Assembly (NCBI GenBank): GCA_964516975.1
Contig: CAZFAS010000001.1
Coordinates: 118,500-182,499 of the forward strand
Reading direction: 5' to 3'
DNA: 64,000 nt
DNA from: an uncultured Candidatus Saccharibacteria bacterium
Lineage (GTDB): Bacteria; Patescibacteriota; Minisyncoccia; Phycocordibacterales; Zambryskibacteraceae
Part shown: piece by piece, positions 53,906 to 62,793 of the stretch
Numbering within the stretch: the first letter of the stretch is position 1
Layout of the letters: every line of letters starts with the position of its first letter
Position numbers and translations under genes: made by a program
The notes under the pieces: generated by a model
The model's database searches: none
What the model was told of the DNA's origin: nothing
Seen by the model: only the letters and a program-made list of their open reading frames with translations

Positions 53906-54919
53906 CTACCTTTTTGCAATAATACTCTTCTTATAAGTATCGAGGTGATCGAGAGCAATACCAGTACCTCGCGCAACACAATACAAAGGATCTTTTGCAA
54001 GTACAGCTTTTACCCCAGTCCTACGAAATACGAGCTCAGCTATATTACGAAGTTGTGATGATCCTCCTGTCATAATGATACCGCGATCAATAATGTCTGA
54101 TGAAAGTTCTGGTGGAGTCTCTTGGAGTACATCCTTAATTGCTTTCACAATCTCTCGAAGTTCCTTTCCTATCGCTTTCACGATTTCATTTGTCTTAATT
54201 TCTACTGATCGAGGAAGACCGAGCACATAGTCACGCCCCTTTATTGTCATAACAAGCTCTTCATCGAGTGGAATTGCTGACCCAATTTTTATCTTAATTT
54301 CTTCTGCTGTTCTATCTCCAATAGCGAGGTTAAATGTCTTCTTAATATAGTCTGCGATTGCAGCATCGATTCTATTTCCAGCACACTTTACTGATGTTGA
54401 TGAGACGATACCTCCAAGAGAGATAACTGCAACGTCAGTAGTACCTCCACCTATGTCTACGATCATATGTCCAACCGGTTCATGAATAGGAATACCTGCG
54501 CCAATAGCAGCGAGGATTGGCTCTTTCACGACATATGCATTCTTAGCCCCTGCCTTTACTGCTGCTTCTACCACCGCTCTTCTTTCTGTAGATGTAACAC
54601 CTGCAGGAACAGAAATGAGAACTTCGGGTTTTGCAATATTCCATTTACCAAGCGCTTTTGTAATGTAGTACCTGAGCATCGCCTCCGTCACACGATAATC
54701 TGCGATAACACCATCTTTCATTGGTCTGTATGCAACAATCGAATCTGGAGTTTTGCCGATCATTTTTTTTGCCTCAAGACCGATAGCAAGAATCTTATTA
54801 TCTTCCTCTGAAATCGCTACAACAGATGGCTCATTCAATGCTATGCCTTTTCCAGGAACAAATACGAGAACACTTGTTGTCCCCAAATCAATACCAAGCT
54901 TTTTTGAGAAAAATGCCAT
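53906..54919 (-). CDS. second MreB/Mbl-family actin homologue
   Basis: IGIDLGTTSVLVFVPG..., DIGGGTTDVAVIS; paralogue of mreB at 47.5 kb. Confidence 0.8.
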   Translation of the reverse strand: MAFFSKKLGIDLGTTSVLVFVPGKGIALNEPSVVAISEEDNKILAIGLEAKKMIGKTPDSIVAYRPMKDGVIADYRVTEAMLRYYITKALGKWNIAKPEVLISVPAGVTSTERRAVVEAAVKAGAKNAYVVKEPILAAIGAGIPIHEPVGHMIVDIGGGTTDVAVISLGGIVSSTSVKCAGNRIDAAIADYIKKTFNLAIGDRTAEEIKIKIGSAIPLDEELVMTIKGRDYVLGLPRSVEIKTNEIVKAIGKELREIVKAIKDVLQETPPELSSDIIDRGIIMTGGSSQLRNIAELVFRRTGVKAVLAKDPLYCVARGTGIALDHLDTYKKSIIAKR

Positions 54920-55034
54920 AGTGCTTCTAGCATAGGGCTTTCAACACCAAAAGACAAGAATAATCCGAATTTAAGCATTATTTGTGTTTTAAAGGATTAT
55001 CTGCAAAAATGGGCAGAAATAAAATTAAAAAATA

Positions 55035-55823
55035 ATGAAAAAAGAAACAATCTGGAAAATAAAACTTACTACTATTGTCATCGTGATTCTCGGGCTCGCC
55101 TTCTTTTTTCGTTCTGGATGGAAACCAAGTGGTCATTTCAATCTAAATGGTGGCACCATTGAGATCACTGTTGAAGAACCAAACACGAAGATCTATATCG
55201 ATAACATCGAAGAATACGAAACGAAAAGCGTAAATGAAACCTACACCGCAAGTAGTGTTTCCGCACAGAACCATTCAGTAGCAATATCAAAAAAAGGATA
55301 CTGGCCATGGCTAAAAAATGTTGATGTTAAAAAAGATGAAACAGTTAAACTTCGTCCATTTTCTCTGTCTCAAACACCGATGGCAAAGGAAATTGACACA
55401 ACTGATCCTGCATACACCAAAGTTCGCACGGATTTCTACAGCCACAGCACTCCGAGCGAGTGGAATAAACTACCATCCCCACACGCTATCTACAAAGTAT
55501 GGGTGGATAACAATACAATATTCGCCGAGCTAGCAGATGGAAATAAAAACCCACCACCATTTTTTTGCCCTAACACAGTTTGTGCAACACGTGTTGAGGT
55601 GTTAACCAGTACAAAAAATATTGATGATGTTTCTTTCTATAAGGACTTCGACGACGTACTCATTTTCTCAAATGAAGATGGGGTATACGCTCTCGACCTT
55701 AATAAAAATGGCACTCAAAACTTCCAACCATACTTTCCTTTCCCCCATGCACAGTTTCTTAGATATGAGGATACTCTCTACATCCTCGTAGGTGACTCCA
55801 TAAAGGCAGTCTCACTAAAATAA
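55035..55823 (+). CDS. hypothetical membrane-anchored extracytoplasmic protein
   Basis: N-terminal TM then 230-aa beta-rich domain. Confidence 0.4.
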   Translation: MKKETIWKIKLTTIVIVILGLAFFFRSGWKPSGHFNLNGGTIEITVEEPNTKIYIDNIEEYETKSVNETYTASSVSAQNHSVAISKKGYWPWLKNVDVKKDETVKLRPFSLSQTPMAKEIDTTDPAYTKVRTDFYSHSTPSEWNKLPSPHAIYKVWVDNNTIFAELADGNKNPPPFFCPNTVCATRVEVLTSTKNIDDVSFYKDFDDVLIFSNEDGVYALDLNKNGTQNFQPYFPFPHAQFLRYEDTLYILVGDSIKAVSLK

Positions 55824-55865
55824 CCCTGTTTTTCACTCCATGCGAGAACATAGTATTATGGGAGA

Positions 55866-57752
55866 ATGAAATTATATGAGGTCATCCCCATAGCGAAGGT
55901 ACTCGGCAAGGAGACACTCTCCTATTTTGGACAAGACTCAATAGAGCTTGGTGCACTCGTTAGTGTGCCACTCAGAAAAAAGACATCTTTTGCTATTGTT
56001 ATTGGGAAAAAAGATATAAGCACTGAAAAAGCTTCAATCAAATCTTCGGATTTTATTTTGAAAAAAATTATTGGAGTGAAGTCGCCACACTTCCTTTCGC
56101 AAGCATTTCTTGAAGCAACCCGTGACACAGCACATTACTTCGGTACAAATACCGGAAGTATCCTTCGCACAATTCTTCCCGAACTCATACTTACTCAAAC
56201 CATAAAAAACAAAGCTCCCATCGTTCATAAAAAATCTGAAGCCAGACGAGAAAACCTCGTACTTCAATCAGAAGATGAAGAGCGCATAGCAAACTATAAA
56301 GCCTTCATTCGAGGAGAATTCGCAAAGAAATCTTCGGTATATTTTTGTCTCCCTACTATGGAAGATATTCGCTATACCAAAGATCAACTCGAAAAAGGTA
56401 TTGAACAATATACAGCTGTACTTCACAGCGGCCTTTCAAAAAAAGAATTCCAAGCAGAACTCAAAAAAATAGAGAACGTATCTCACCCCATCCTCATCGT
56501 CGGCACAGTTCCATTTCTTTCAATCGAGCGTGACGACCTTCGAAGTATTATTCTCGACAGAGAAAATTCTCGTTCATACAAAACACAAGCAAGGCCGTAT
56601 TTTGATCTACGTATTTTTGTAGAAAAACTTGCCGAGCACACAAACAAAAAACTTATCATTGGAGACATGTTACTTTCGACCGAGACAATGTGGAAATGCA
56701 AAAATGATGAATATGCAGAATTCTCTCCAATCAAATCACGCATCCTTTCCCCCGCACAAAGCTTACTAGTAGATATGAAGCTTAAAAAAGGAGTGTATGA
56801 GGAGGAATTTCGGGTACTCTCTCGAGAGCTTGAGGCGCTCATAGATAAATCAAAAGAAGACAACGAAAGACTCCTCATTTTTTCATCACGAAAAGGACTC
56901 TCGCCTTCCACAGTATGTGGTGACTGTGGCCTTGTGGTAACCTGCAATAACTGCAAAGCTCCCGTGGTTCTCTATACACGTGGTGGAAATAATTTTTTCA
57001 AATGTAATAAATGCGGTGAAGAGAGAGACGCGATGGAGCGGTGTAGAAACTGTGATAGCTGGAAGCTCGAAACGCTTGGAATCGGAATCGAACGAGTAGA
57101 ACAAGAAATCAGAAAGTTATTCCCTGACCTCAAACTCTTCAGGCTTGATAAAGAAAGCGTAAAGAGTGAAAAAAGAGCGCTTGAGATCGTAAACAAATTC
57201 CAAGAATCACCGGGGAGTGTACTCCTTGGCACAGAACTTTCACTCTTTTATCTTAAAAAACCTATTGAAAATGTAGCGATTGCCTCAATAGATTCACTTT
57301 TTGCATTACCGGATTTTCGAATAAATGAAAAAATATTTTATACCCTTCTTACACTCAGGTCACGTGCAGAGAAAGTATTTATTATTCAGACAAGAAATGC
57401 TGACGAAACTGTATTTGATTACGCTCTCAAAGGAAGCCTCGCAGACTTCTATCGTGAGGAAATCGAAGATAGAAAGAAGTTCCTCTATCCTCCATATTCA
57501 GTTTTTATTAAACTTTCTATCGAAGGCAAGAAGCCGGCCATATTAGAAGATGCACAGACACTCGCAAAACTTCTTGATGAGTATAATCCAAATATATATC
57601 CATCATTTTCACCATCACGCAGAGGAAACACAATCATGAACGTTATCCTAAAACTCCAAAGTGAATCGTGGCCGGACGACAAACTTATGAAAAAAATCAT
57701 GTCACTTCCCCCACAAGTAGCTGTGCGTGTGGATCCTGAAAGCCTCATTTGA
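55866..57752 (+). CDS. priA: primosomal protein N' (PriA)-like with degenerate Walker A
   Basis: N-terminal 3'-DNA-binding domain, C4-C4 Cys cluster (CGDCG...CNNC...CNKCG...CRNC), helicase-like motifs VLHSGLS / VLLGTEL / LPDFR but P-loop replaced by GEFAKKSS. Confidence 0.65.
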   Translation: MKLYEVIPIAKVLGKETLSYFGQDSIELGALVSVPLRKKTSFAIVIGKKDISTEKASIKSSDFILKKIIGVKSPHFLSQAFLEATRDTAHYFGTNTGSILRTILPELILTQTIKNKAPIVHKKSEARRENLVLQSEDEERIANYKAFIRGEFAKKSSVYFCLPTMEDIRYTKDQLEKGIEQYTAVLHSGLSKKEFQAELKKIENVSHPILIVGTVPFLSIERDDLRSIILDRENSRSYKTQARPYFDLRIFVEKLAEHTNKKLIIGDMLLSTETMWKCKNDEYAEFSPIKSRILSPAQSLLVDMKLKKGVYEEEFRVLSRELEALIDKSKEDNERLLIFSSRKGLSPSTVCGDCGLVVTCNNCKAPVVLYTRGGNNFFKCNKCGEERDAMERCRNCDSWKLETLGIGIERVEQEIRKLFPDLKLFRLDKESVKSEKRALEIVNKFQESPGSVLLGTELSLFYLKKPIENVAIASIDSLFALPDFRINEKIFYTLLTLRSRAEKVFIIQTRNADETVFDYALKGSLADFYREEIEDRKKFLYPPYSVFIKLSIEGKKPAILEDAQTLAKLLDEYNPNIYPSFSPSRRGNTIMNVILKLQSESWPDDKLMKKIMSLPPQVAVRVDPESLI

Positions 57753-57819
57753 CATTTTTTTTGTTTATTATATACTTGTTAGGTAACTGCTCATTCTAAA
57801 CCCCAGAGAAGGAGGCACC

Positions 57820-58050
57820 GTGCTCGACATTTTGTTGATCATTATCGATTCATCACTCCGCATTCTGCTGTTCGGCATCCTTGAGCTCGTCATCGCCTTC
57901 ACTGGATATGGTGAAGAAAACGAAGACAAGTTCTCACGGACACACTGCGTCCTGCGTGCGCGTTACAACGGCATGCGCATCACCTCCTATTCTACCTATC
58001 TTGAGTGGCTCAGCCACTACAAGGAGGCATGGAAGGAGGAGAGGGTGTAA
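57820..58050 (+). CDS. small hypothetical protein
   Basis: 76-aa ORF with hydrophobic N-terminus, followed by terminator. Confidence 0.3.
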   Translation: MLDILLIIIDSSLRILLFGILELVIAFTGYGEENEDKFSRTHCVLRARYNGMRITSYSTYLEWLSHYKEAWKEERV

Positions 58051-58063
58051 TACCCTCTCACTG

Positions 58064-58100
58064 GTCCGCCCGACACGAAGTGTCGGGCGGTTTCTTTTTG
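58064..58100 (+). terminator. rho-independent terminator
   Basis: CCGCCCGACACgaagTGTCGGGCGG + TTTCTTTTT. Confidence 0.6.
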
Positions 58101-58128
58101 TATTTTATATGCTAGAGTCTTTTTATAT

Positions 58129-58689
58129 ATGAAAGTTCATATAGTTCAAAAAAATGATCCGGTACTGCGAGCAATCGCGAAAGAAGTCCCGAAAAAGGAT
58201 ATTGATTCTCCGAAGATCCATAAAATTATAGAGGATATGAAAATCGCACTTGCATCACAAGATGATGGTGTTGCGATCGCAGCTCCACAAATAGGACACT
58301 CTCTCCGCATGTTTGTTGTATCAGGAAAAGTTATTGGATATATCAAAGATGGTGATTCTGAAGATGATGGAATGACCAAATATCCTGACCAAGTATTCAT
58401 TAACCCGGTTATTACGAAATCTTCTCGTGAAAAAGAAACAATGGAGGAAGGTTGTCTCTCAGTGCGATACTTTTATGGTAAAGTTCGAAGATCAAAAAAA
58501 GTTACTCTCGTTGCATACAATGAGAATGGCGAAAAAATACAAAGAGGAGTAACTGGTCTCATGGCACAAATATTTCAGCATGAGACAGATCATCTAAATG
58601 GAGTACTATTTACGGATACTGCAGAAGACCTTGTAGATATGCCTCCTGAAGATTTTGAACACACTTCAAAGAAAAAGAATGAAAAATAA
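58129..58689 (+). CDS. def: peptide deformylase
   Basis: GVAIAAPQIG, EGCLS, QHETDHLNG motifs. Confidence 0.9.
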   Translation: MKVHIVQKNDPVLRAIAKEVPKKDIDSPKIHKIIEDMKIALASQDDGVAIAAPQIGHSLRMFVVSGKVIGYIKDGDSEDDGMTKYPDQVFINPVITKSSREKETMEEGCLSVRYFYGKVRRSKKVTLVAYNENGEKIQRGVTGLMAQIFQHETDHLNGVLFTDTAEDLVDMPPEDFEHTSKKKNEK

Positions 58690-59542
58690 CATACCATTTG
58701 TTTTTTTTGGATCACCGGAATTTGCTGTAAAAATTCTAGATGTGCTGAAATCACACGATTATTTTCCAGTATGTATAGTGACCCAAGAAGACAAACCAAA
58801 AGGTCGTAAGCTCATCATCACGCCCCCACCCGTAAAAATATGGGCGCAAGAACATTCAATCCCCTTTATTCAACCAAAAACACTTCGAAGTTCAGAAATT
58901 GTCGAGGAACTAGCAAAATGGAATGCGGAAGTTTTTATCGTAGCTTCGTATGGGAAAATAATTCCTCAAGCAGTACTTGATATACCTAAAAAAGGGACAC
59001 TCAATGTCCACCCCTCTCTTCTTCCCAAGCTCCGCGGTGCTTCACCTATTCCAGGCGCAATACTGCAAGAAGAAAAAACGGGAGTATCTATTATGCTTCT
59101 TGATGCTGATATGGATCATGGTCCAATACTTGCCCAAGAGGTCGCTAATATTGCGAACTGGCCTCCATACGCAGATGAACTCGAAAATATCCTCGCAAAC
59201 ATAGGTGGCAACTTACTTGTACGCACACTCCCAGAATGGGTGCAAGGCAACATTACCGCTGTCGAACAAGAACACGATAAAGCAACGTTTGTTAAGAAAA
59301 TTGAAAAAGAAGATGCTCTTATAGATCTATCAGCACCTGCGGAAGAAAATTTGAGAAAAATAAAAGCGTACGCAGAGAAACCAAATGCGTATACTTTTCT
59401 AAATATTAATGGAAAGCAAACTCGAATTATTATCAAAAAAGCCCACATCGATAATGGGCTCCTAGTACTAGATAGAATAATTCCTGAAGGTAAAAGAGAA
59501 ATGTCGTTTGAAGAATTCAAACGAGGTCATATCAAAAACTAA
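58679..59542 (+). CDS. fmt: methionyl-tRNA formyltransferase
   Basis: formyltransferase core ...NVHPSLLPKLRGASPI...; start MKNNIPFVFFGSP overlapping def end. Confidence 0.85.
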   Translation: MKNNIPFVFFGSPEFAVKILDVLKSHDYFPVCIVTQEDKPKGRKLIITPPPVKIWAQEHSIPFIQPKTLRSSEIVEELAKWNAEVFIVASYGKIIPQAVLDIPKKGTLNVHPSLLPKLRGASPIPGAILQEEKTGVSIMLLDADMDHGPILAQEVANIANWPPYADELENILANIGGNLLVRTLPEWVQGNITAVEQEHDKATFVKKIEKEDALIDLSAPAEENLRKIKAYAEKPNAYTFLNINGKQTRIIIKKAHIDNGLLVLDRIIPEGKREMSFEEFKRGHIKN

Positions 59543-59700
59543 AACGGTTCAAAATACCCGATTGAAGCATTATATTCATAATACGCTGTCTCTTGTTGTT
59601 GCTGGTAACTAAGTGTCCATAGCAACATAGCAATAAAGAGACCTCCAGCAAGGACACCATACGAAACCTGCTTCCCTATTTCTTTTTCAATATTCAGCAT
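59539..59700 (-). CDS. small membrane protein (53 aa) translationally coupled to hpf
   Basis: ATG overlaps hpf stop (TAATG); MLNIEKEIGKQVSYGVLAGGLFIAMLLWTL...; below ORF-track cutoff. Confidence 0.3.
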   Translation of the reverse strand: MLNIEKEIGKQVSYGVLAGGLFIAMLLWTLSYQQQQETAYYEYNASIGYFEPF

Positions 59701-60086
59701 TATTTTTTAAATTTATTTCGAAAATCTCCCAAACCTTTTAATAAATTTTTTACCTGAAGCGCACCTCTTCTATACAATGTTTGTGATTTATCTTTTTGAG
59801 TCGTGATCTGTTGAACAATTTCATCCTTCACTTCATCGATTGCGGCATAGAGATCATCTTTCTCAGATACTGCATAAAAATTCCTTCCAGAAAAACGAAG
59901 ATTCACTTCAGCTCGAAAAAAATCTCCTGACTTATGATGTCGCGATGTCTTCCCCACCTCGACTTCACAGAAAGCACTATCAAGTTCACCTTGAATAAAT
60001 CTGTCGAATGCTGAAAAACGCTTGTCGATATAATCACTAATAGCTGGAGTAATCTCAATATTTGTTGCTTTAATATTTTTATTCAT
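59700..60086 (-). CDS. hpf: ribosome hibernation promoting factor / RaiA (S30AE family)
   Basis: MNKNIKATNIEITPAISDYIDKRF... beta-alpha-beta-beta-beta-alpha fold signature. Confidence 0.8.
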   Translation of the reverse strand: MNKNIKATNIEITPAISDYIDKRFSAFDRFIQGELDSAFCEVEVGKTSRHHKSGDFFRAEVNLRFSGRNFYAVSEKDDLYAAIDEVKDEIVQQITTQKDKSQTLYRRGALQVKNLLKGLGDFRNKFKK

Positions 60087-60104
60087 GTGTTCATTATATC
60101 AAGT

Positions 60105-60335
60105 CTACTGTTCTTGAACATCCACCGACAACATTTTACTGCCTGAGTGATGACCTGAAATTATCCTCACTTTACCCAAGGGGACGCCAAGCTCATGGGC
60201 AACAAGCTCTCGAATACGGGTATTGGCCATATTGCGCTCAGCAGGCTCTCGTACCGAAATGTCATAGTGGTCAAAACTCACCTTCTCCACGAGCTCTCGC
60301 TTAGCTCCTGCTGTTACTCGTACCTTTATATACAT
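60105..60335 (-). CDS. DUF167 (YggU-like) protein
   Basis: MYIKVRVTAGAKRELVEK...VREPAERNMANTRIRELVA... ; longer ORF to 60506 would run through tRNA exon. Confidence 0.55.
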   Translation of the reverse strand: MYIKVRVTAGAKRELVEKVSFDHYDISVREPAERNMANTRIRELVAHELGVPLGKVRIISGHHSGSKMLSVDVQEQ

Positions 60336-60467
60336 ACCCCCTATCATACGCGATACCGTACTGTGCTCAACAGTACTTTTGATTTTCAAAAGATATCTGA
60401 TATTATCTTTCTGTTCTGCTAAAACAGAACCATTCCGGAGTAGCTCAGTGGTAGAGCGATCGCCTGT

Positions 60468-61027
60468 GTCGGAAAGTTCGTGGTATAATTGCTTGGTGTA
60501 TACCAAGAAAAAAAGATTAGAAAAATGAACTTACGCCGACCGTCGAGCATATATGGTAATGGCAGTAACAAGGAGAAGAAGAAAACTCCGTGAGATGGCC
60601 AGAGAACAAGCCGGCGGAAAATGTGCATTATGTGGCTACAAAAAATGTCAGAGGGCTTTAAGCTTTCATCACGTAAACCCTAAAAATAAGGATTTTGATC
60701 TTTCTTCAAGGGGTTTAACGAGATCGTGGGAACGTATTAAAAAGGAAATCGAAAAATGCGTTCTCTTGTGTGCAAATTGTCACATGGAAGTACATGAAGG
60801 CATTACGCAGCTTTCTATCAAAAGATAGATTGAAAAACGAGGTGAATTCGGGGAAACCCAATTATTGGGCAATCCCGAGCCAAGCTCTAATGAAAGTTGG
60901 AGAAGGTGTAGAGACTATCCTTTATGGAGTAGTGTCAAAAACTTGATACGAAGCGCCTCGATCCTAAGTTCCAGATTGGAATATGGATATGATATAGTCC
61001 ACGCTTCTAGCAATAGAAGAATCAGTG
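60468..61027 (+). mobile_element. group I intron (560 nt) with internal HNH homing-endonuclease ORF
   Basis: 5' exon ends in U, intron ends in G; conserved core elements P (AATTCGGGGAAA), Q (AATCCCGAGC), R (GTAGAGACTATCC), S (GATATAGTCCAC). Confidence 0.7.
60553..60828 (+). CDS. HNH endonuclease (intron-encoded)
   Basis: CxxC...HH..N...CxxCH zinc/HNH motif (CALCGY...SFHHVNPKNK...CANCHMEVH); extended -10 TGGTATAAT at 60477. Confidence 0.75.
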   Translation: MVMAVTRRRRKLREMAREQAGGKCALCGYKKCQRALSFHHVNPKNKDFDLSSRGLTRSWERIKKEIEKCVLLCANCHMEVHEGITQLSIKR

Positions 61028-61079
61028 TAAGCGATTGGTCGTAGGTTCGATCCCTACCTCCGGAGCATGCAAAAATCTT

Positions 61080-61112
61080 AGGCCGTCAGAAATGACGGTC
61101 TTTGATTTTTTA
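61080..61112 (+). terminator. rho-independent terminator after tRNA-Asn
   Basis: GGCCGTCAgaaaTGACGGTC + TTTGATTTTTT. Confidence 0.6.
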
Positions 61113-61294
61113 TGCTCAGGAGAGCAAAGCCTGCGCGCTTTGTGTGCAGGGATCGAACGGCGGAATGTGAAATTTTCAGTAGAAAATTTCCATGAGCCTG
61201 TGCCCAGACTTTTTTTGTATTGACTATTTGTATATTTTGTGATAGTAATTATCCAGTACTGTTCAATCAACTAAACAAGAGAGCGAGGTAACAA

Positions 61295-61612
61295 ATGGCG
61301 ACGAGCAAGACACAGGATATCAAGACTTTCAAGAATCAAACCGGATACTGGGAGCATGATGGAGCATTTTCCGTCGAACTGACACCCAGTGCCGACAAGA
61401 GCATCGTACCGCCAAACGCAGAGATCCGAGTCGACACAGTTCATGTGAGACACGGACGCATCAAACAAACGATTGGTGGTATCCAGCTCTACTCGGAAGG
61501 TAGCCCCCTTTCTACTGGGGCTACGCACACATCAAGATCATTCGCGACGGAAGCGGCAATCTCCTGTGGGTCAACCATAACTACAGATAAGTTTCACCTC
61601 TCCACCGCCTGA
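61295..61612 (+). CDS. hypothetical protein (moron-like array gene 1)
   Basis: promoter TTGACT-17-TAGTAAT, GAGG SD; 105 aa; TGA stop. Confidence 0.4.
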   Translation: MATSKTQDIKTFKNQTGYWEHDGAFSVELTPSADKSIVPPNAEIRVDTVHVRHGRIKQTIGGIQLYSEGSPLSTGATHTSRSFATEAAISCGSTITTDKFHLSTA

Positions 61613-61650
61613 CAGAAGCCGTTCGCTTCTGTGGGCGGTTTTCTTTTGTT
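61603..61650 (+). terminator. terminator (variant of repeated CCGCC...GGCGG cassette)
   Basis: CCGCC-tgaCAGAAGCcgttcGCTTCTGtg-GGCGG + TTTTCTTTTG. Confidence 0.55.
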
Positions 61651-61677
61651 TGACAAATTATATAAATGTGTTAATAT
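61650..61677 (+). promoter_or_regulatory. promoter TTGACA-16-TAATAT fused to terminator T-run
   Basis: repeated cassette. Confidence 0.5.
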
Positions 61678-61709
61678 GTTAACAGTACCTTCAAACAATC
61701 GAGGTGATC

Positions 61710-61997
61710 ATGTCGAAGAAGCAAGGTATGAAAAAACCTCTTCGGTCTTGGACCATTCTGCTCAATGAGCAGAACATCCGAGCTCGAATCGAGAAGGAAG
61801 AACCAGGAATGCTGAAATTCCTGGACTTCCTTGCGAGTAAGGAAAAGGTTCCGATGCAAGCTGGTCTTGTTGGATGGTCAGTGTTCACACACTGGCTCTC
61901 TTGTGCTTACAAGTACCTGAAGCACAGACCATCTGATGTTCCCTACTACAGCGACAATGCTGTGCTCGATGTGGTTTTCCCCGCAAGTAAGAGGTAA
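61710..61997 (+). CDS. hypothetical protein (array gene 2)
   Basis: GAGGTGAT SD; start MSKKQGMKK (track start 61704). Confidence 0.4.
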   Translation: MSKKQGMKKPLRSWTILLNEQNIRARIEKEEPGMLKFLDFLASKEKVPMQAGLVGWSVFTHWLSCAYKYLKHRPSDVPYYSDNAVLDVVFPASKR

Positions 61998-61998
61998 A

Positions 61999-62211
61999 AT
62001 GAAAATCCAGTGCGTATTGTTTAGTGGAACGGTCTCTGATGTCGAGTTGTTCAACAACGGCACATCTGCAAGTGTGACCGTAACCACACCACTTTCGACT
62101 CCCTGTGGAACTCTATACTTTCCAGTCGGCCAAAGGATTCAGTTCAGCAGAGTCCTAATCGAAGGAGACACGATTGTTCCTCAGAGCGGAGGAAGTATCT
62201 CCGTTCTCTAG
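61999..62211 (+). CDS. hypothetical protein (array gene 3, 70 aa)
   Basis: AAGAGG SD, start MKIQCVLFSG abutting previous stop (track gives longer 61936 start). Confidence 0.4.
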   Translation: MKIQCVLFSGTVSDVELFNNGTSASVTVTTPLSTPCGTLYFPVGQRIQFSRVLIEGDTIVPQSGGSISVL

Positions 62212-62222
62212 AAAGTTCACCG

Positions 62223-62252
62223 CCGCCCACACTGTGGGCGGTTTTCTTTTGT
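62223..62252 (+). terminator. terminator of repeated cassette
   Basis: CCGCCCACAcTGTGGGCGG + TTTTCTTTTG then TTGACA. Confidence 0.6.
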
Positions 62253-62320
62253 TTGACAGTTTTATATATATGTGATATTTTTTCAACAGATTATCGTTCC
62301 CTTCTCACCCATGAGGACTC

Positions 62321-62698
62321 ATGCCAGAAGATATATTTGCTGAAGTTCCTGAATTTCTCGCAGCATTTCAGAACATTCGAGAAAATGGCTTCTTTGAGAG
62401 CATGGATTTCAAAGTGGGCGGTGAGCAATTAGAAGGAAAGGTTGCGCATTTCTATATCCGCGCTGTAGGGTGTATTCCAAATAATCCAGACTTCATGGCT
62501 ATTGGTTGTGACGAAATCATCGATCCAGACAGAATCATCAATTCATGTCGAGCTCTTGTAAAACTGAGGAAAGTAAAGTCTGTACAGGTTAAAGTTGAAA
62601 CAGATGAATGGCCAAAATGGAACCGATCCGGCACGGAGATAACTGGAAGTAAAGGTAGACGCACAATTCTTTCGCTTTCAGTTCAGTTTAAGATATAG
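62321..62698 (+). CDS. hypothetical protein (array gene 4)
   Basis: 125-aa ORF. Confidence 0.4.
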   Translation: MPEDIFAEVPEFLAAFQNIRENGFFESMDFKVGGEQLEGKVAHFYIRAVGCIPNNPDFMAIGCDEIIDPDRIINSCRALVKLRKVKSVQVKVETDEWPKWNRSGTEITGSKGRRTILSLSVQFKI

Positions 62699-62708
62699 AA
62701 TAATCACA

Positions 62709-62739
62709 CCGCCCACACTGTGGGCGGTTTTCTTTTGTT
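62709..62739 (+). terminator. terminator of repeated cassette
   Basis: CCGCCCACAcTGTGGGCGG + TTTTCTTTTG then TTGACA-16-TAATGT. Confidence 0.6.
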
Positions 62740-62793
62740 TGACAAAAACATGAATTATTCTAATGTTATCGCAGAACTTTCACCAAGGTAACC

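Larger units (their letters stand above)
60434..61065 (+). tRNA. tRNA-Asn (anticodon GUU) interrupted by group I intron between nt 35 and 36
   Basis: exon1 TCCGGAG-TA-GCTCAGTGGTAGAGC-G-ATCGC-CTGT (60434-60467); exon2 TAA-GCGAT-TGGTC-GTAGGTTCGATCCCTAC-CTCCGGA-G (61028-61065); U1:A72, G73, loop CUGUUAA match tRNA-Asn; CCA not fully encoded. Confidence 0.75.

Noticed and set aside
60353-60420. CTGT-N9-ACAG palindrome (CTGTTCTGCTAAAACAG) as an E. coli-type LexA box
   Set aside because: The spacing is 9 rather than 8 nt, and this genome's verified LexA box is of the GAAC-N4-GTTC type. It is probably a simple hairpin.
61116-61200. tRNA-like fragment (TTCGATC T-loop on the minus strand, CCTGC...GCAGG stem) downstream of tRNA-Asn
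   Set aside because: The flanking stems do not pair into a cloverleaf. It is likely a decayed fragment or coincidence.
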